A DNA stretch of 64,000 nt, from the NCBI GenBank assembly GCA_951406725.2, contig OX597827.1:42656001-42720000 (forward strand), given 5' to 3'. A model generated the notes under the pieces. The model searched no databases, had not been told where the DNA came from, and saw only the letters and a program-made list of their open reading frames with translations. Position 1 is the first letter of the stretch. Every line of letters begins with the position of its first letter. This DNA is from Octopus vulgaris. Lineage: Eukaryota. Positions 27,122-38,705 of this stretch are shown one piece after another. The position numbers and the translations under genes are program-made.

Positions 27122-27729
27122 GTGGCGAGCTAGCAGAAACGTTAGCACGCCGGGCGAAATGCGTAGCGGTATTTCGTCTGCCGTTACGTTGTGAGTTCAA
27201 ATTCCGCCGAGGTCGACTTTGCCTTTCATCCTTTCGGGGTCGATAAATTAAGTACCAGTTACGCACTGGAGTCGATGTAATCGACTTAATACCTATGTCT
27301 GTCCTTGTTTGTCCCCTCTATGTTTAACCCCTTGTGGGTAATAAAGAAATAGGTATTTCGTCTGTCGCTACGTTCAAATTCCGCCGAGGTCGACTTTGCC
27401 TTTCATCCTTTCGGGGTCGATTAAATAAGTACCAGTTACGCTCTGGGGTCGATATAATCGACTTAATCCGTTTGTCTGACCTTGTTTGTCCCCTCTATGC
27501 TTAGCCTCTTGAGGGCAATAAAGAAATAAGAATCATTAGCACGCCGGGCGAAATACTTAGCGGCATTTCGTCTGTCTTTACGTTCTGAGTTCAAATTCCA
27601 TCGAGGTCGATATTGTCTTTCATCCTTTCGGGGTCAATAAATTAAGTACCAGTTGCGTACTTGGCTCGATCTCAATCGACTGGCCATTTCCCCAAAATTT
27701 CGGGCCTTGTGCCCAGGGTAGAAAAGAAT
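27122..27729 (+). mobile_element. SINE family A (three core repeats) with 16-bp TSD
   Basis: TSD tatgcattgtcttagg at 27106-27121 and 27730-27745. Confidence 0.9.
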
Positions 27730-27922
27730 TATGCATTGTCTTAGGCGATGCCACTGATGAAGTACAGATGACAAAATAATTTATTTGTTCATTAATAAAG
27801 ACACTCGAGTTTGGGATTAACTGTAAAAAATTGTTTCATTCTCTTTGGAATTACTGTTTTCCTGGTTTGGGTTTAAGAATAATAATATAAATAATAGATT
27901 TTAAATAACATAAAACGTAACT

Positions 27923-28968
27923 CTTATGTATCCCAAAATATTCGAATTGAGAGTCTAAAGAAGTAGCCTACTAGATTGGTTGTTTGTGATAATACACAGA
28001 TAGAATATATATATATATGTATATATATATTCTATCTGTGTATTATCGCAAACAACCAATCTAGTAGGCTTTTGGTTGTTTGCGATAATACACAGATAGA
28101 ATATATATATACATATATCTCTCTCTATATAAACGGCAGTTTGTCTGTGCGTGTTTCTGTGTGTCTGTTTTCTCGTACCCTCACTCTGACCACGGCTTTC
28201 AACCGATTCTGATGAAACTTGACACACACATAGCCCAATGTCATAATTCAAAACTAACGCAGCGAAAATTTTGAAAAGTTCCCCCAGTTCTGAAAAAAAA
28301 TCGATAAATTCGACATGGGGTCGAGAATGAGAAACCCAAACCACAGACCGTCTAGGGGACGCAACTCCACCTGTTTTAACTCTCAAAAAAATTTACCATC
28401 ATTTTTTTCCCATTTTTTTGCTATTTTTTGGCTATAACTCTCTAAAAATGCTTTATAGTTATTTCCCTTACAAACCTGAGCAACGCCGGGCGATACTGCT
28501 ATCTCTCTCTATATAAACGGCAGTTTGTCTGTGCGTGTTTCTGTGTGTCTGTTTTCTCGTACCCTCACTCTGACCACGGCTTTCAACCGATTCTGATGAA
28601 ACTTGACACACACATAGCCCAATGTCATAATTCAAAACTAACGCAGCGAAAATTTTGAAAAGTTCCCCCAGTTCTGAAAAAAATCGATAAATTCGACATG
28701 GGGTCGAGAATGAGAAACCCAAACCACAGACCGTCTAGGGGACGCAACTCCACCTGTTTTAACTCTCAAAAAAAATTTACCATCATTTTTTTTCTATTTT
28801 TTGGCTATAACTCTCTAAAAATGCTTTATAGTTATTTCCCTTACAAACCTGAGCAACGCCGGGCGATACTGCTAGTATATATATATTCTATCTGTGTATT
28901 ATCGCAAACAACCAATCTAGTAGGCTACTTCTTCAGACTCTCAATTCGAATATTTTGGGACACATAAG
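27923..28968. repeat. Nested inverted-repeat element around (TA)n, hosting a Helitron dimer
   Basis: 27923-28010 is the reverse complement of 28880-28968; partial inverted and direct copies at 28027-28070 and 28071-28110. Confidence 0.8.
28118..28875 (+). mobile_element. Head-to-tail dimer of a non-autonomous Helitron
   Basis: 5' TC start after A (28118 and 28502); 3' GC-rich hairpin cctgagcaacgccggg followed by CTAG at 28872-28875, then T; no TSD; period 384. Confidence 0.8.
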
Positions 28969-28979
28969 TTTATATATGT

Positions 28980-29044
<65 letters not shown>

Positions 29045-29050
<6 letters not shown>

Positions 29051-29180
29051 CTTCTACTATAGCCCCGCGCTGACCATTTCGCCCGGCTAACGATTCTGCC
29101 AATTCGCTGCAGTTTGTCTTCTATAATACTTGAGGCCTACCAAAGCTTTCTGAGTAGATTTGGTAGTGTGTGTGTGTGTA

Positions 29181-29211
<31 letters not shown>

Positions 29212-29602
29212 TTGACTAAAACCTCCCAAGGCGATGCTCCAGCATGGCCGCAGCGAAATGAATGAAACAAGTAAAAGTATATACGACAAGCTTCTTTCAG
29301 TTTCCGTCTACCATTTTAACTCACAAGGCTTTGGTCGGCCTGGGGCTATAGTAGCGGGAATGAACCCGGAGCCATGTGGTTCGTAAGCAAGTTACTCTGT
29401 TGTCTGTTAGCTGTAATTGCGCAAACCTTTGCAAAAAAAACACCCCAGCCATGACCATCCTGGCTTTTTCCTGTCACGACAGAATAGATAACAGATCGGG
29501 GCTATAGTAGAAGACACTTGCCCAAGATGCTACGCAGTGGGACAGAACCCTGAACCATGTGGTCGGGAAGCAAGCTTCTTACCACACAGCCATGTCTGCA
29601 CC
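29045..29602. mobile_element. Rearranged SINE family B pieces (both orientations) with internal templated insert
   Basis: Plus-strand pieces at 29050-29275; minus-strand 5' half at 29283-29602 interrupted at 29356-29501. Confidence 0.7.
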
Positions 29603-30471
29603 TATGTATTAAGATAATGTGTTGTACTTTAATACCGGAAACAGTAACAACACAAAAGCAGTTGGAGTGGTGATAGCCATGAGGAAGTAGGAGGAGGCCG
29701 ATGGGGAGGAGCAGTGAGAGATGCTGGAAGAGAGGAAGACTTCTTGAAATCTAGAATCTGGGAGATTCCTTTGAACAAGCTTTCGTGAATGTTAACATAT
29801 GTTTAAGATGGCATTAATGCACACTCATATATATACGAGCACACACGCACGCACGCACACACACACTTCACGTACATGAACACACCCGTTCATTTCCATA
29901 CACACCGGTTATACACGTTCATGTAACATAGCAACAAGGAAAGAAATATGTTATGATCAAATACACACGCAAACACACATACATACACACACATGCGAAA
30001 TATTTTGGATATATATATATATATATATATATATACATGTGAATGTATATGTATAATGTATATATATATATATGTGTGTGTGTGTATGTGTTTATATATA
30101 TATGTGTGTGTATGTGTATGTATGTGTGTATTCTTTTACTTGTTTCAGTCATTTGACTGCGGTTAAATATGAATGCTTGTATGTATGTATACACACACAC
30201 TCACACACACACACACACACACACACACATTCACACAGACACATATATATATATGCATATATATCTATATATATATAATTGTATATGTATATATATGAAT
30301 GCGTATATATATATGTGTGTGTGTGTATATATATATGTATATATATATACATGTACATATATATATATATAGATATATATGCATATATATATATATATAT
30401 GCATGACTACTCACAGTAACCTATGTGTTACCTACATCCGTACTAATGTCTATTTAAACGTAATTGCGTGA

Positions 30472-30526
<55 letters not shown>

Positions 30527-31332
30527 GCGTGTGTGTGTGTGTGTGCATGTGTTTTTATAAGTCTATACGTACAAATGTTAATCATCAAGATAGCAGCGTC
30601 ACTAACAGACGTTCAGAAGTGGGAGGCCCCTGAACATGTGTTTTTAAGCGTTTTCTACCAATTATTCCGACCTAACACCGAATATTTTTTTTATTTCATT
30701 TATGTGTTCTTAAGCGCTAAAGAAACACCTCTTTGTCAACATCTTAACGCTATTCAAACCGAACTATCGTATATTCCCGCATATAAGACGTACCCTCGCA
30801 TAATACGCACCTCTATTTTACTAGTATATTTTGTGGCAATGAAAATCAAAAAAAATTGAGTATGATTCCGTACGTACACTTTGAAAGATATTTTATAGCG
30901 CTGTTATATGAGATAGTGTGTGATTCTGTGTGTATTAATACAATGTTGTGGTATTATACTGGAATAATGTATAAAATTCTAACTTTATATACAAACTACA
31001 TTATACGAGAACCGTATTTCAATTTTGTCTTCTTTAAGATCAGCTGCATAGTTATTGATAGTTTTGTCAAGAGAATTGCCATACAGGAAGTAAAATGCAT
31101 TATTGTGGCTATAGTGTTTTGTGTTACCGCGATCGGCCATCAGAGAGGCTCACCATTGCTATGATTTTGTTGTCATCCACTCATAGCAAATAGCTGACGG
31201 GCAGATGGAAGTTTAATATTTCTAGAAGAATTTTCATTTTGATAATTTATTAAAAGTATTTCCTAGAGATAATAGTCATCAAATAATGAAATCCATGTTA
31301 GATGTTACAAGGAGGGATAATGAGATTATGAA

Positions 31333-31438
31333 GGCGCATGACTTAGTGCCTAGAGCGTTAAGCTAACAACCATGAGCTGATGGGTTCGATTTCTGGACAG
31401 GAATGTTGTGTTCTCATATATATATATGTGTGCGTGTG

Positions 31439-31500
<62 letters not shown>

Positions 31501-31695
31501 TGTGTGTGTGTTTGTGCCTCCAACATCACTTGACAACCGATGCTGGTGTGTTTACGTTCCCGTCACTTAGCTGTTCAGCAAGAGAGACCGATAGAATAAG
31601 TACTAGGCTTACAAAGAATAAGTCCTGGGGTCGATTTGCTCGACTAAATGCGGTGCTCCAGCATGGCCGCCGTGAAATAACTGAAACAAATAAAA
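31333..31695 (+). mobile_element. Chimeric SINE: D-type head, microsatellite, B-type tail
   Basis: ggcgcatgacttagtg...gggttcgatt...tgttgtgttct, then (TG)n, then the family B tail. Confidence 0.65.
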
Positions 31696-32649
31696 AAAAC
31701 TCAGTTAAAAATGGATGTTTTTTTTCTTTTCTCTAAGCTATCATTAAACAACCTAATATTTTCTAGACAATGATATCGATATTCGCCAGCGACATCAATT
31801 ACAATATGGCTGGAGAGTATATGAAAATATATGATAACACATATACAACGGCTGTCACGCTGAAAAACAAATAAGCGCGTGTGGTAACGAAATAATTACA
31901 ACATAAAATACCCGTATGGATAATATAGCTGGACGGAAAATGCTAATAGGTTACACTGCTGAATCAGTTATTTACATGCTATTGTAAGATGTTAGCCACT
32001 TGTTGAGGTTATTTCTACAGATTTTCTTAATAAAAATTATAGCTAGCGCTGATTTTGTTACGACGTTTCGTACCCGAGACGAGATCCAAGATAAAAAAAA
32101 AATGGGTAATGGGTGTGTACGCCATATTTCAGTAGTTTTCCCTCTTTCATATATACTCTATAGTATATTTTGGTTGCATAACCAATTATTATTACAATTA
32201 TTTTAAAAGAACTTGAGGTGGTAAACTGGCAGAATGGTTAGCACGCCAGGTGCAATCTCTAGCGACATTTCGGCTGTCTTTATGTTCTGAGTTCAAATTT
32301 CACTGACGTCGACTTTGCAATTTATCTTTTAGGGGTGGATGAAGCGGCTGACCTCCCCTGTTCGAAGGTTTATAATGGACGCAGGTTGTGTGTCAAATAG
32401 CTAGCTTGAGGTGGTGGTCTCTTGGAGCTAATCAGCGACAGCTTTAGTCTTATATTTATAAGACTGCCATATAAGTATGGCGATAACTATTAATTTCCAG
32501 TAACGCCATATAACTATTAATTTCTAGTAACGCCATTTTAGTTATGTACTGGCGTCGATATAATCGACTCATCTCCTTTCCTAAAATTGCTGCCCTTGTG
32601 GCAAAATTGGGAACCATTATTTTAATACCATTTAATAATAGTATATACG

Positions 32650-32909
32650 ATTTCGAATCCCGGGCCGAGCAAGACACTTTATTTCACGTTGCTCGAGTTC
32701 GCTCAGCTGTTGAAATGAGTTGCGACGTCACTGGTGCCAAGCTGTATCGGCCTTTGCCTTTCCCTTGGATAACGCTATTGGCGTGGAGAGGGGAGGCCGG
32801 TATGCATGGGCGACTGCTGGTCTTCCATAAACAACCTTGCCCGGACTGGTGCCTAGGAGGGTAACTTTCTAGGTGCAATCTCACGGTCAGTCATGACCGA
32901 AGGGGGTCT
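32650..32909 (+). mobile_element. SINE family D, 5'-truncated
   Basis: gagcaagacactttatttcacg...catgaccgaagggggtc. Confidence 0.8.
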
Positions 32910-33512
32910 CAAGGTTGCATAACAAAATACGATGTCCATACACGTCATTCATAAGATGTGCGGCGATAAATTAGTTCACAACAACACCAACGATATCTTT
33001 CGAAAAAAAAAAAAGATTTTTAATGTATGGAGATTGCAAACTCTTGAGAGGAAATTTATAAATACGAAACATGAACGCGAATGGTTCAGTAACAAAATTT
33101 CACTATTAAAAAAAAGAAAAAAAAGAACCCTCTTCAACGAACAAGCATTAATCACCAGTTTGTTTCTAATCCACACGCTATATATCAGAGGATTAAGGAA
33201 AATAATATATCTGTAAAAAGAACTTCTCTGAAAGATCATAAATTATTTTGGTTTAAAATCCATACTAAAAAACAAAAAACAAAACAAAAAAAAAAAAGGA
33301 TTTCAATGGGAATGTATCATGGCTACGTATGATTTATAAGAAAGGAATATTTTTACAAGCATCATCAGAAATCTTAAGCAATCAAGTTGGAAACTTTCGC
33401 CACAGCAGGAGAGAAATGTTAAGCAATAGAATAGGGAAAGGCCGAAGAAGCGATTTAATAGCAGGGTAGTATTAGCAGGGTAGTATTACATGGAAGATGT
33501 AGTTCTACAATA

Positions 33513-33763
33513 CTCTTTTACTCTTTACTCTTTTACTTGTTTCAGTCATTTTGAATAATGTGTCCATGCTGGAGCATCGCCCCCCCCCTCCGGACTTATT
33601 CTTTGTAAGCCTAGTACTTATTCTATCGGTCTCTTTTACCGAACCGCTAAGTTACGGGAACGTAGACACACCGGCATCGGTTGTCAAGCGATGTTGGTGG
33701 GTACAAACACAGACACACAAACATACATACATACATATATACATACATTCATACATACATATA

Positions 33764-33807
<44 letters not shown>

Positions 33808-33968
33808 TACGACGGGCTTCTTTCAGTTTCCGTCTACCAAATCCACTCACAAGGCTTTGGTCGGCTCTAGGCTATAGTAGAAGACACATGCCTAAGGTGC
33901 CACGCAGTGGGACTGAACCCGGAACCATGTGGTTGGTAAGCAAGCTACTTACTACACACCCACTCCTG
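33513..33968 (-). mobile_element. SINE family B
   Basis: Reverse-complement copy with internal (TA)n. Confidence 0.85.
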
Positions 33969-34336
33969 TTTTTTTTGTTTTTTTTGTCTCACCATTCTGG
34001 TGCCTTGACACATCAAGTTACATTACTGACATTTTTCAGCAAATCTTCAAAAATGTGTCTGCTCCAGTAACCATATCCATCATAAAGAATTAATTGGACG
34101 AACTCTTCAAGAATTTGAAAATTTAGGTCACTCCCCGCAAAAACACTGCAAGTTAAGTAATGCTTCTCACGACTTTGATCAAAAACAGTTGAAAAAAAAT
34201 ACTGCAATTCGTCGCAAGCATCCTTTAAACAAACTTTAAACAACTTTAAAATTTACTGGGATTTCCTTACTTCGTCACGCCAGCATTCTTGCAGACAAAC
34301 TGATAAATAGATGCAAATAGAAACTTCTCTTTCGAA

Positions 34337-34771
34337 CAATGGTTCTCAACCGAGGTTCCCTTGACCCTTGGGTAGTGTGGGGGTATATAAGATTTTGTTG
34401 TTAAAATTTATGTACATAAAGAGACGGGTAGAATAAATACTAGGCTTCCAAAGAGTAAGTCCTGGGGTCGATTTGGTCGACTGAAGGCGGTGCTCCAGCA
34501 TGGCCACAGTCAAATGACTGAAACAAGTAAAAGAGTAAAAGAAGGAAATTACATGGTTAAAATGTTTGTTGAAGAGGTAGAGAGAAAGAGAGATTGGTTA
34601 CACTTCTACGATGCACAAAATATTTTAACAATTAATTTTATACAATTCCTAATAATATTAAATTATAAAAAAATAATGGAATTGTTTTAAACATGGAATG
34701 GCTATGGGGGTCCAGTAGAATAGAATGGAAATCAGAAAAGTCCATAGGTAAACTATGGCTGAGAAACATTG
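34337..34771. mobile_element. hAT (Charlie-like) MITE carrying a templated insert
   Basis: TIRs caatggttctcaacc / caatgtttctcagcc (reverse complement); 8-bp TSD ctttcgaa / ctttagaa. Confidence 0.7.
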
Positions 34772-34871
34772 CTTTAGAAAGGCAATATACAGTTCTATAT
34801 TTAAGAGATGAAGAATTATGTACATTATTTACGTTATTTACATTCGACGGATATTTGTCCTCATCAAACAG

Positions 34872-35100
34872 CTCAAACAGTGATAGACATAAATAACAAA
34901 TAATATAAATATAATTAATATAATATATAATAATATATAATAATAATAATATATATATAATATAAAATTTAAATTTTATATTTTATAGTTTCGTATTATA
35001 TATATATATAGATTATATATTATTATTTATTATATATTATATCAATTATATTTATATTATTTGTTATTTATGTATTGGTTTATGTCTATCACTGTTTGAG
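34872..35100. repeat. AT-rich fold-back
   Basis: ctcaaacagtgatagacataaa (34872) / tttatgtctatcactgtttgag (ending 35100) flank a palindromic AT-rich core. Confidence 0.6.
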
Positions 35101-35394
35101 TTGCCTAATAGTGGGTTTATCTCTAATTCATATATTATATATTTATACTGTGAAATTTGATTTAATCCTAAATCTAATTTTTCCCTGTAAGTTTGGAGCC
35201 ATACTCTCTAATATTATATATATATATATATATATATAAATTTATATATGACGAATGCCACTAAGTATTTTGCATGTCATGCTAACGGGGCTGCCTGCTC
35301 TCTGCCTTAAGAACGACGATGACGACGATGACGACGACGATGATAATAAAAATAATACTAACAACAATCGCTAATTCATGTTTCTTTAGATAAA

Positions 35395-36480
35395 TGGGAA
35401 AGTGTTTGCTGGACGGATATGTATAAGAATCTCAATATTTGCTTGCGAGCTTGTCAAAAATTCTCTCATTGCCTCTGGTCTATTATTTGTCAAAACATTA
35501 CGTATAAACTTTATACAAATTGTCTCGGCAAATTCCTTCAGGACAAGGCCAAGGAGAATTCAGCAAGGCACGGATTGGCGAGTAGACAAAGTGAAGCACG
35601 GAAGTGACGGGGTTATTGTACGGAACATAAATAAAAGTTGTGTCGCCTGAAGTAAGAAAACATCGCTGAAACATTGCGAATTATATGGTTTAATTACAGT
35701 AACACCTTTGATTCTATTCCCCATTCGTGGTTGCTGGAAACATTGCTTATGCCAAAATACCTGCTAATTCTAGTTGCGCCCATTGAAAGACTCACAAACA
35801 TCTGGTCCCTAATCCTCGTGCTTGTAACTATAAGCAGAGCGATTGTCTCTGATGTTATAAATATTTTTTAAGGGAATATTCCAAGGAGACAATCTGTCTG
35901 TGCTTCTGTTTATTTTGGCATTAAATCCGCTGTCGTTTATATCACAAAAATCCAACAGATATGTGCTAACGGCAAAAGGCTCTAATGTAACCCATAATTT
36001 CTTTGTGGGCGATCTAAATGCTTATACTGGAAATATTTACAATACTGAGAAACAGCTGGATTTAATAACAACATTTTCCGTTGATATAGGAATGGAATTT
36101 GGCGAAAAGAAATGCTCGTATTTGATAGATGAATACAACCACCCCCATCCCCCCCACACACACACACCAAAGAAACTGTTTCTCTAACTAAAAACATTCA
36201 CAACACAATGAGATCATTGATATAAATGTTTTGGGTAAGCTTTGCGACAAATACCCGGTATTGACGAAAATATTTCAAAGTGCGGTGAAAAGATATAAGC
36301 CACCGAAGTAATATTTTAACAGACATCGAAAAATATGACAGTTGGAGCTTCTTTTCGTATTGGACAATATCCCGCAATGTATTGGATTACCTATAATGGT
36401 TCTGACGATTGGGAGTCTTCACTGTGCTATAGCGAAATTCGATATTGATAATCGTTAGATCCTGTCACCAACTGGAAGAT
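35395..36480 (+). pseudogene. R4/Dong-like reverse transcriptase fragment
   Basis: CQNITYKLYT, FDSIPHSWL, GIFQGDNLSVLLFILALNPLS, THNFFVGDL, FSVDIGMEFGEKKC and KYPGIDENIS motifs with frameshifts. Confidence 0.8.
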
Positions 36481-36699
36481 TCCATTTTTTAAAACCGATA
36501 AATTATCGCAGAAGGGAAATACTGGAAGCCCTATAGCAATTTGTATTAACCATATCCAGCTTAACTATTCTGCCTGTTTTATGTTCAAGCCATCCAGTTG
36601 CAGACTCTCACACCAACCATAAAATGTCATTCTAAAAACAATTACATCATTGAAATTTTAAAGCCACAAGATAATGTATGATTAACTCAAAACAGTGAA

Positions 36700-37046
36700 C
36701 AAGAACATTCAGAGAGCGCAAACCTCGCCAACGCAACACCAACGTCCTCTCGACGATTAACCGGAGATGATTTTTAAAATGAGAATATCTGGAATAAAAT
36801 CCTTCAATGAATATCATGAGACCTTTTGGCTTTCCCTTCTCTTAAATTCCGGTCTTCCTTTAGTAATCCTGTTGTTTTAGATCGATGTATAGAATAATGT
36901 ATATATGCAAGTATACTGTAAAGTGTTACATCCCTGGAAGTTTCATACGAATCCCTCCATTGATTCTTGAGATATCTTGTCCATGGACAAACAAACTAAC
37001 AAACACGACTGAAACAATACCTCCGCCTTCGCTAAGGCGGGGGTAA
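36700..37046 (-). mobile_element. Helentron-type non-autonomous element (HINE/DINE-like)
   Basis: 5' palindrome tacctccgccttcgctaaggcgggggta, (TTTG)n-like tract, 3' subTIR plus stem-loop; homologous to 57113-57973. Confidence 0.7.
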
Positions 37047-37104
37047 TAAATACTAGATTAGCAAGAATAATCTGAACGCTAAAAGGTTAATATCAGACCT
37101 TATT

Positions 37105-37394
37105 TTTTTCTTTCCTTCTCGCGCCACGCCTGGCTCATAAGGACCGGTTTCCCGGTTTCCTTGGCGTATAGGTTCCCCACCTGGACGGGACGCCGGTCCG
37201 TCGCAGGTAAGCTGCAAGATGCAGGAGGAAAGAGTGAGAGAAAGTTGTGGCGAAAGAGTCAGCAGAATTTCGCCATTACCTTCTGCCGGAACAGCGTGGA
37301 GCTTAGGTGTTTCGCTCATAAACACACACATCGCCCGGTCTGAGATTCGAACCCGCGAGACCGATGTTCTAACCACTAGGCCATGTACCTCCAC
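37105..37394 (-). mobile_element. SINE family C (tail type 3)
   Basis: Shares gaaagagtgagagaaagttgtggcg and gagcttaggtgttt with 6245-6548 but has a different tail. Confidence 0.75.
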
Positions 37395-37665
37395 AATGTC
37401 AGACCTTACAAGTCTTTTTTAGCGTTCTATGATGTCACTCAGTCAACATCTTTTAAAATATTAGATACCGAAGCAGATACTTTGACCAAATGCTAAAAAG
37501 TGAAAAGACAGCTGCAGCTTAGGGGTCAAGAGTGTAGCGGCAGTTTAGGGGTCAAGTAGTGAGTCCCTGATCACATTCTATATGACCTCAGGAATTGGTG
37601 GATTATTTCTATTTTTTTTTTTAATATTTTTTTTTACTCGTTTCACTCATTGGACTGTGGCCATG

Positions 37666-37941
37666 CTGGTGGTGGTGATGGTAGTGGTGGTGGTGATGAT
37701 GATGATGGTGGTAATGGTGGTGGTGGTGATGATGGTGATGATGATGGTGATGATTATGATGGTGGTGGTGGTGGTGGTGGTGATGGGGATGATGGTGATG
37801 TTGACGACGACGACGACTATGATGATGATGGTGATGATAATGTTGGTGATGACGATGACGACGACGACGACGATGATGGTGTTGATGATACTGATGATGG
37901 TGGTGATGATGATGGGGATGATGATGCTGCTGCTGATGATG

Positions 37942-37991
<50 letters not shown>

Positions 37992-38033
37992 GGATGGTGA
38001 TGATGATGATGACGACGACGACGATGATGATGA
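37666..38033. repeat. (GAT/GGT/GAC)n trinucleotide tract
   Basis: Direct reading; source of the poly-M/V and poly-D/G ORFs. Confidence 0.9.
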
Positions 38034-38404
38034 TACTCAGAGGACATGTCAGCTTTCTTGAACTTGTGATCGTTACGTTTTACGTAACATCATGACGATT
38101 ATGATTTTGTAGTCCTTCAGCTGAAGGTCGCTACAAAATAATTTACTCAAAACAACAACAAAAAACACGATGAAGTTGCTTAAACTTTCCATTATGCGAC
38201 ACAAAATTCTTCCATTATGTGACACAACTGGGACCCGTGGAAATTCCACAGAACGAAAAAGATTAAGAGAAGCCATTTAAGAAAGAAAGAACGATTTGTA
38301 TTTTCATTTTTATTTTGCTAAGTTCTTTCACTTCCAGTCACAATAATATATTATAAGATTTGAAAACTTCCCTCTGCTAAGCACCTTATCTCCCTCTCTC
38401 TCTC

Positions 38405-38443
<39 letters not shown>

Positions 38444-38705
38444 TCTCTACCTCTTCAACAAACATTTTAACCATGTAATTTCCTTCTTTTACTCTTTTAC
38501 TTATTTCAGTCATTTAACTGTGGCCATGCTGGAGCACCGCCTTTAGTCGACCAAATCGACCCCAGGACTTAGTCTTTGGAAGCCTAGTATTTATCCTACC
38601 CGTCTCTTTTGCCGAACAGCTAAGTTACGGGGACGTAGAGACCATCATCGGTTGTCAAGTGATGTTGGGTGGGGGCACAAACACAGACACACAAACATAT
38701 ATATA

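Larger units (their letters stand above)
26433..27874. repeat. Old fold-back (palindromic) element interrupted by two SINEs
   Basis: Left arm 26433-26520 plus 26944-27010 is the reverse complement of right arm 27102-27121 plus 27746-27874 (e.g. acagttaatcccaaactcga / tcgagtttgggattaactgt and tgtcatctgtacttcatcagtgg / ccactgatgaagtacagatgaca). Confidence 0.75.

Noticed and set aside
28209-28230. CTGATGA in the Helitron and at 27748 as hammerhead cores
   Set aside because: No stem II followed by GAAA, and no stem I or III pairing.
28895-28945. Minus-strand CTGAAGA...GATAA as a hammerhead
   Set aside because: GAAA is absent and no stem I partner was found; kept only as part of the fold-back finding.
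31990-34320. Possible very old hAT transposase on the minus strand, or a host exon (ORF 34013-34243)
   Set aside because: Only vague resemblance to hAT motifs, many stops, and no clear splice sites; cannot be supported without a profile search.
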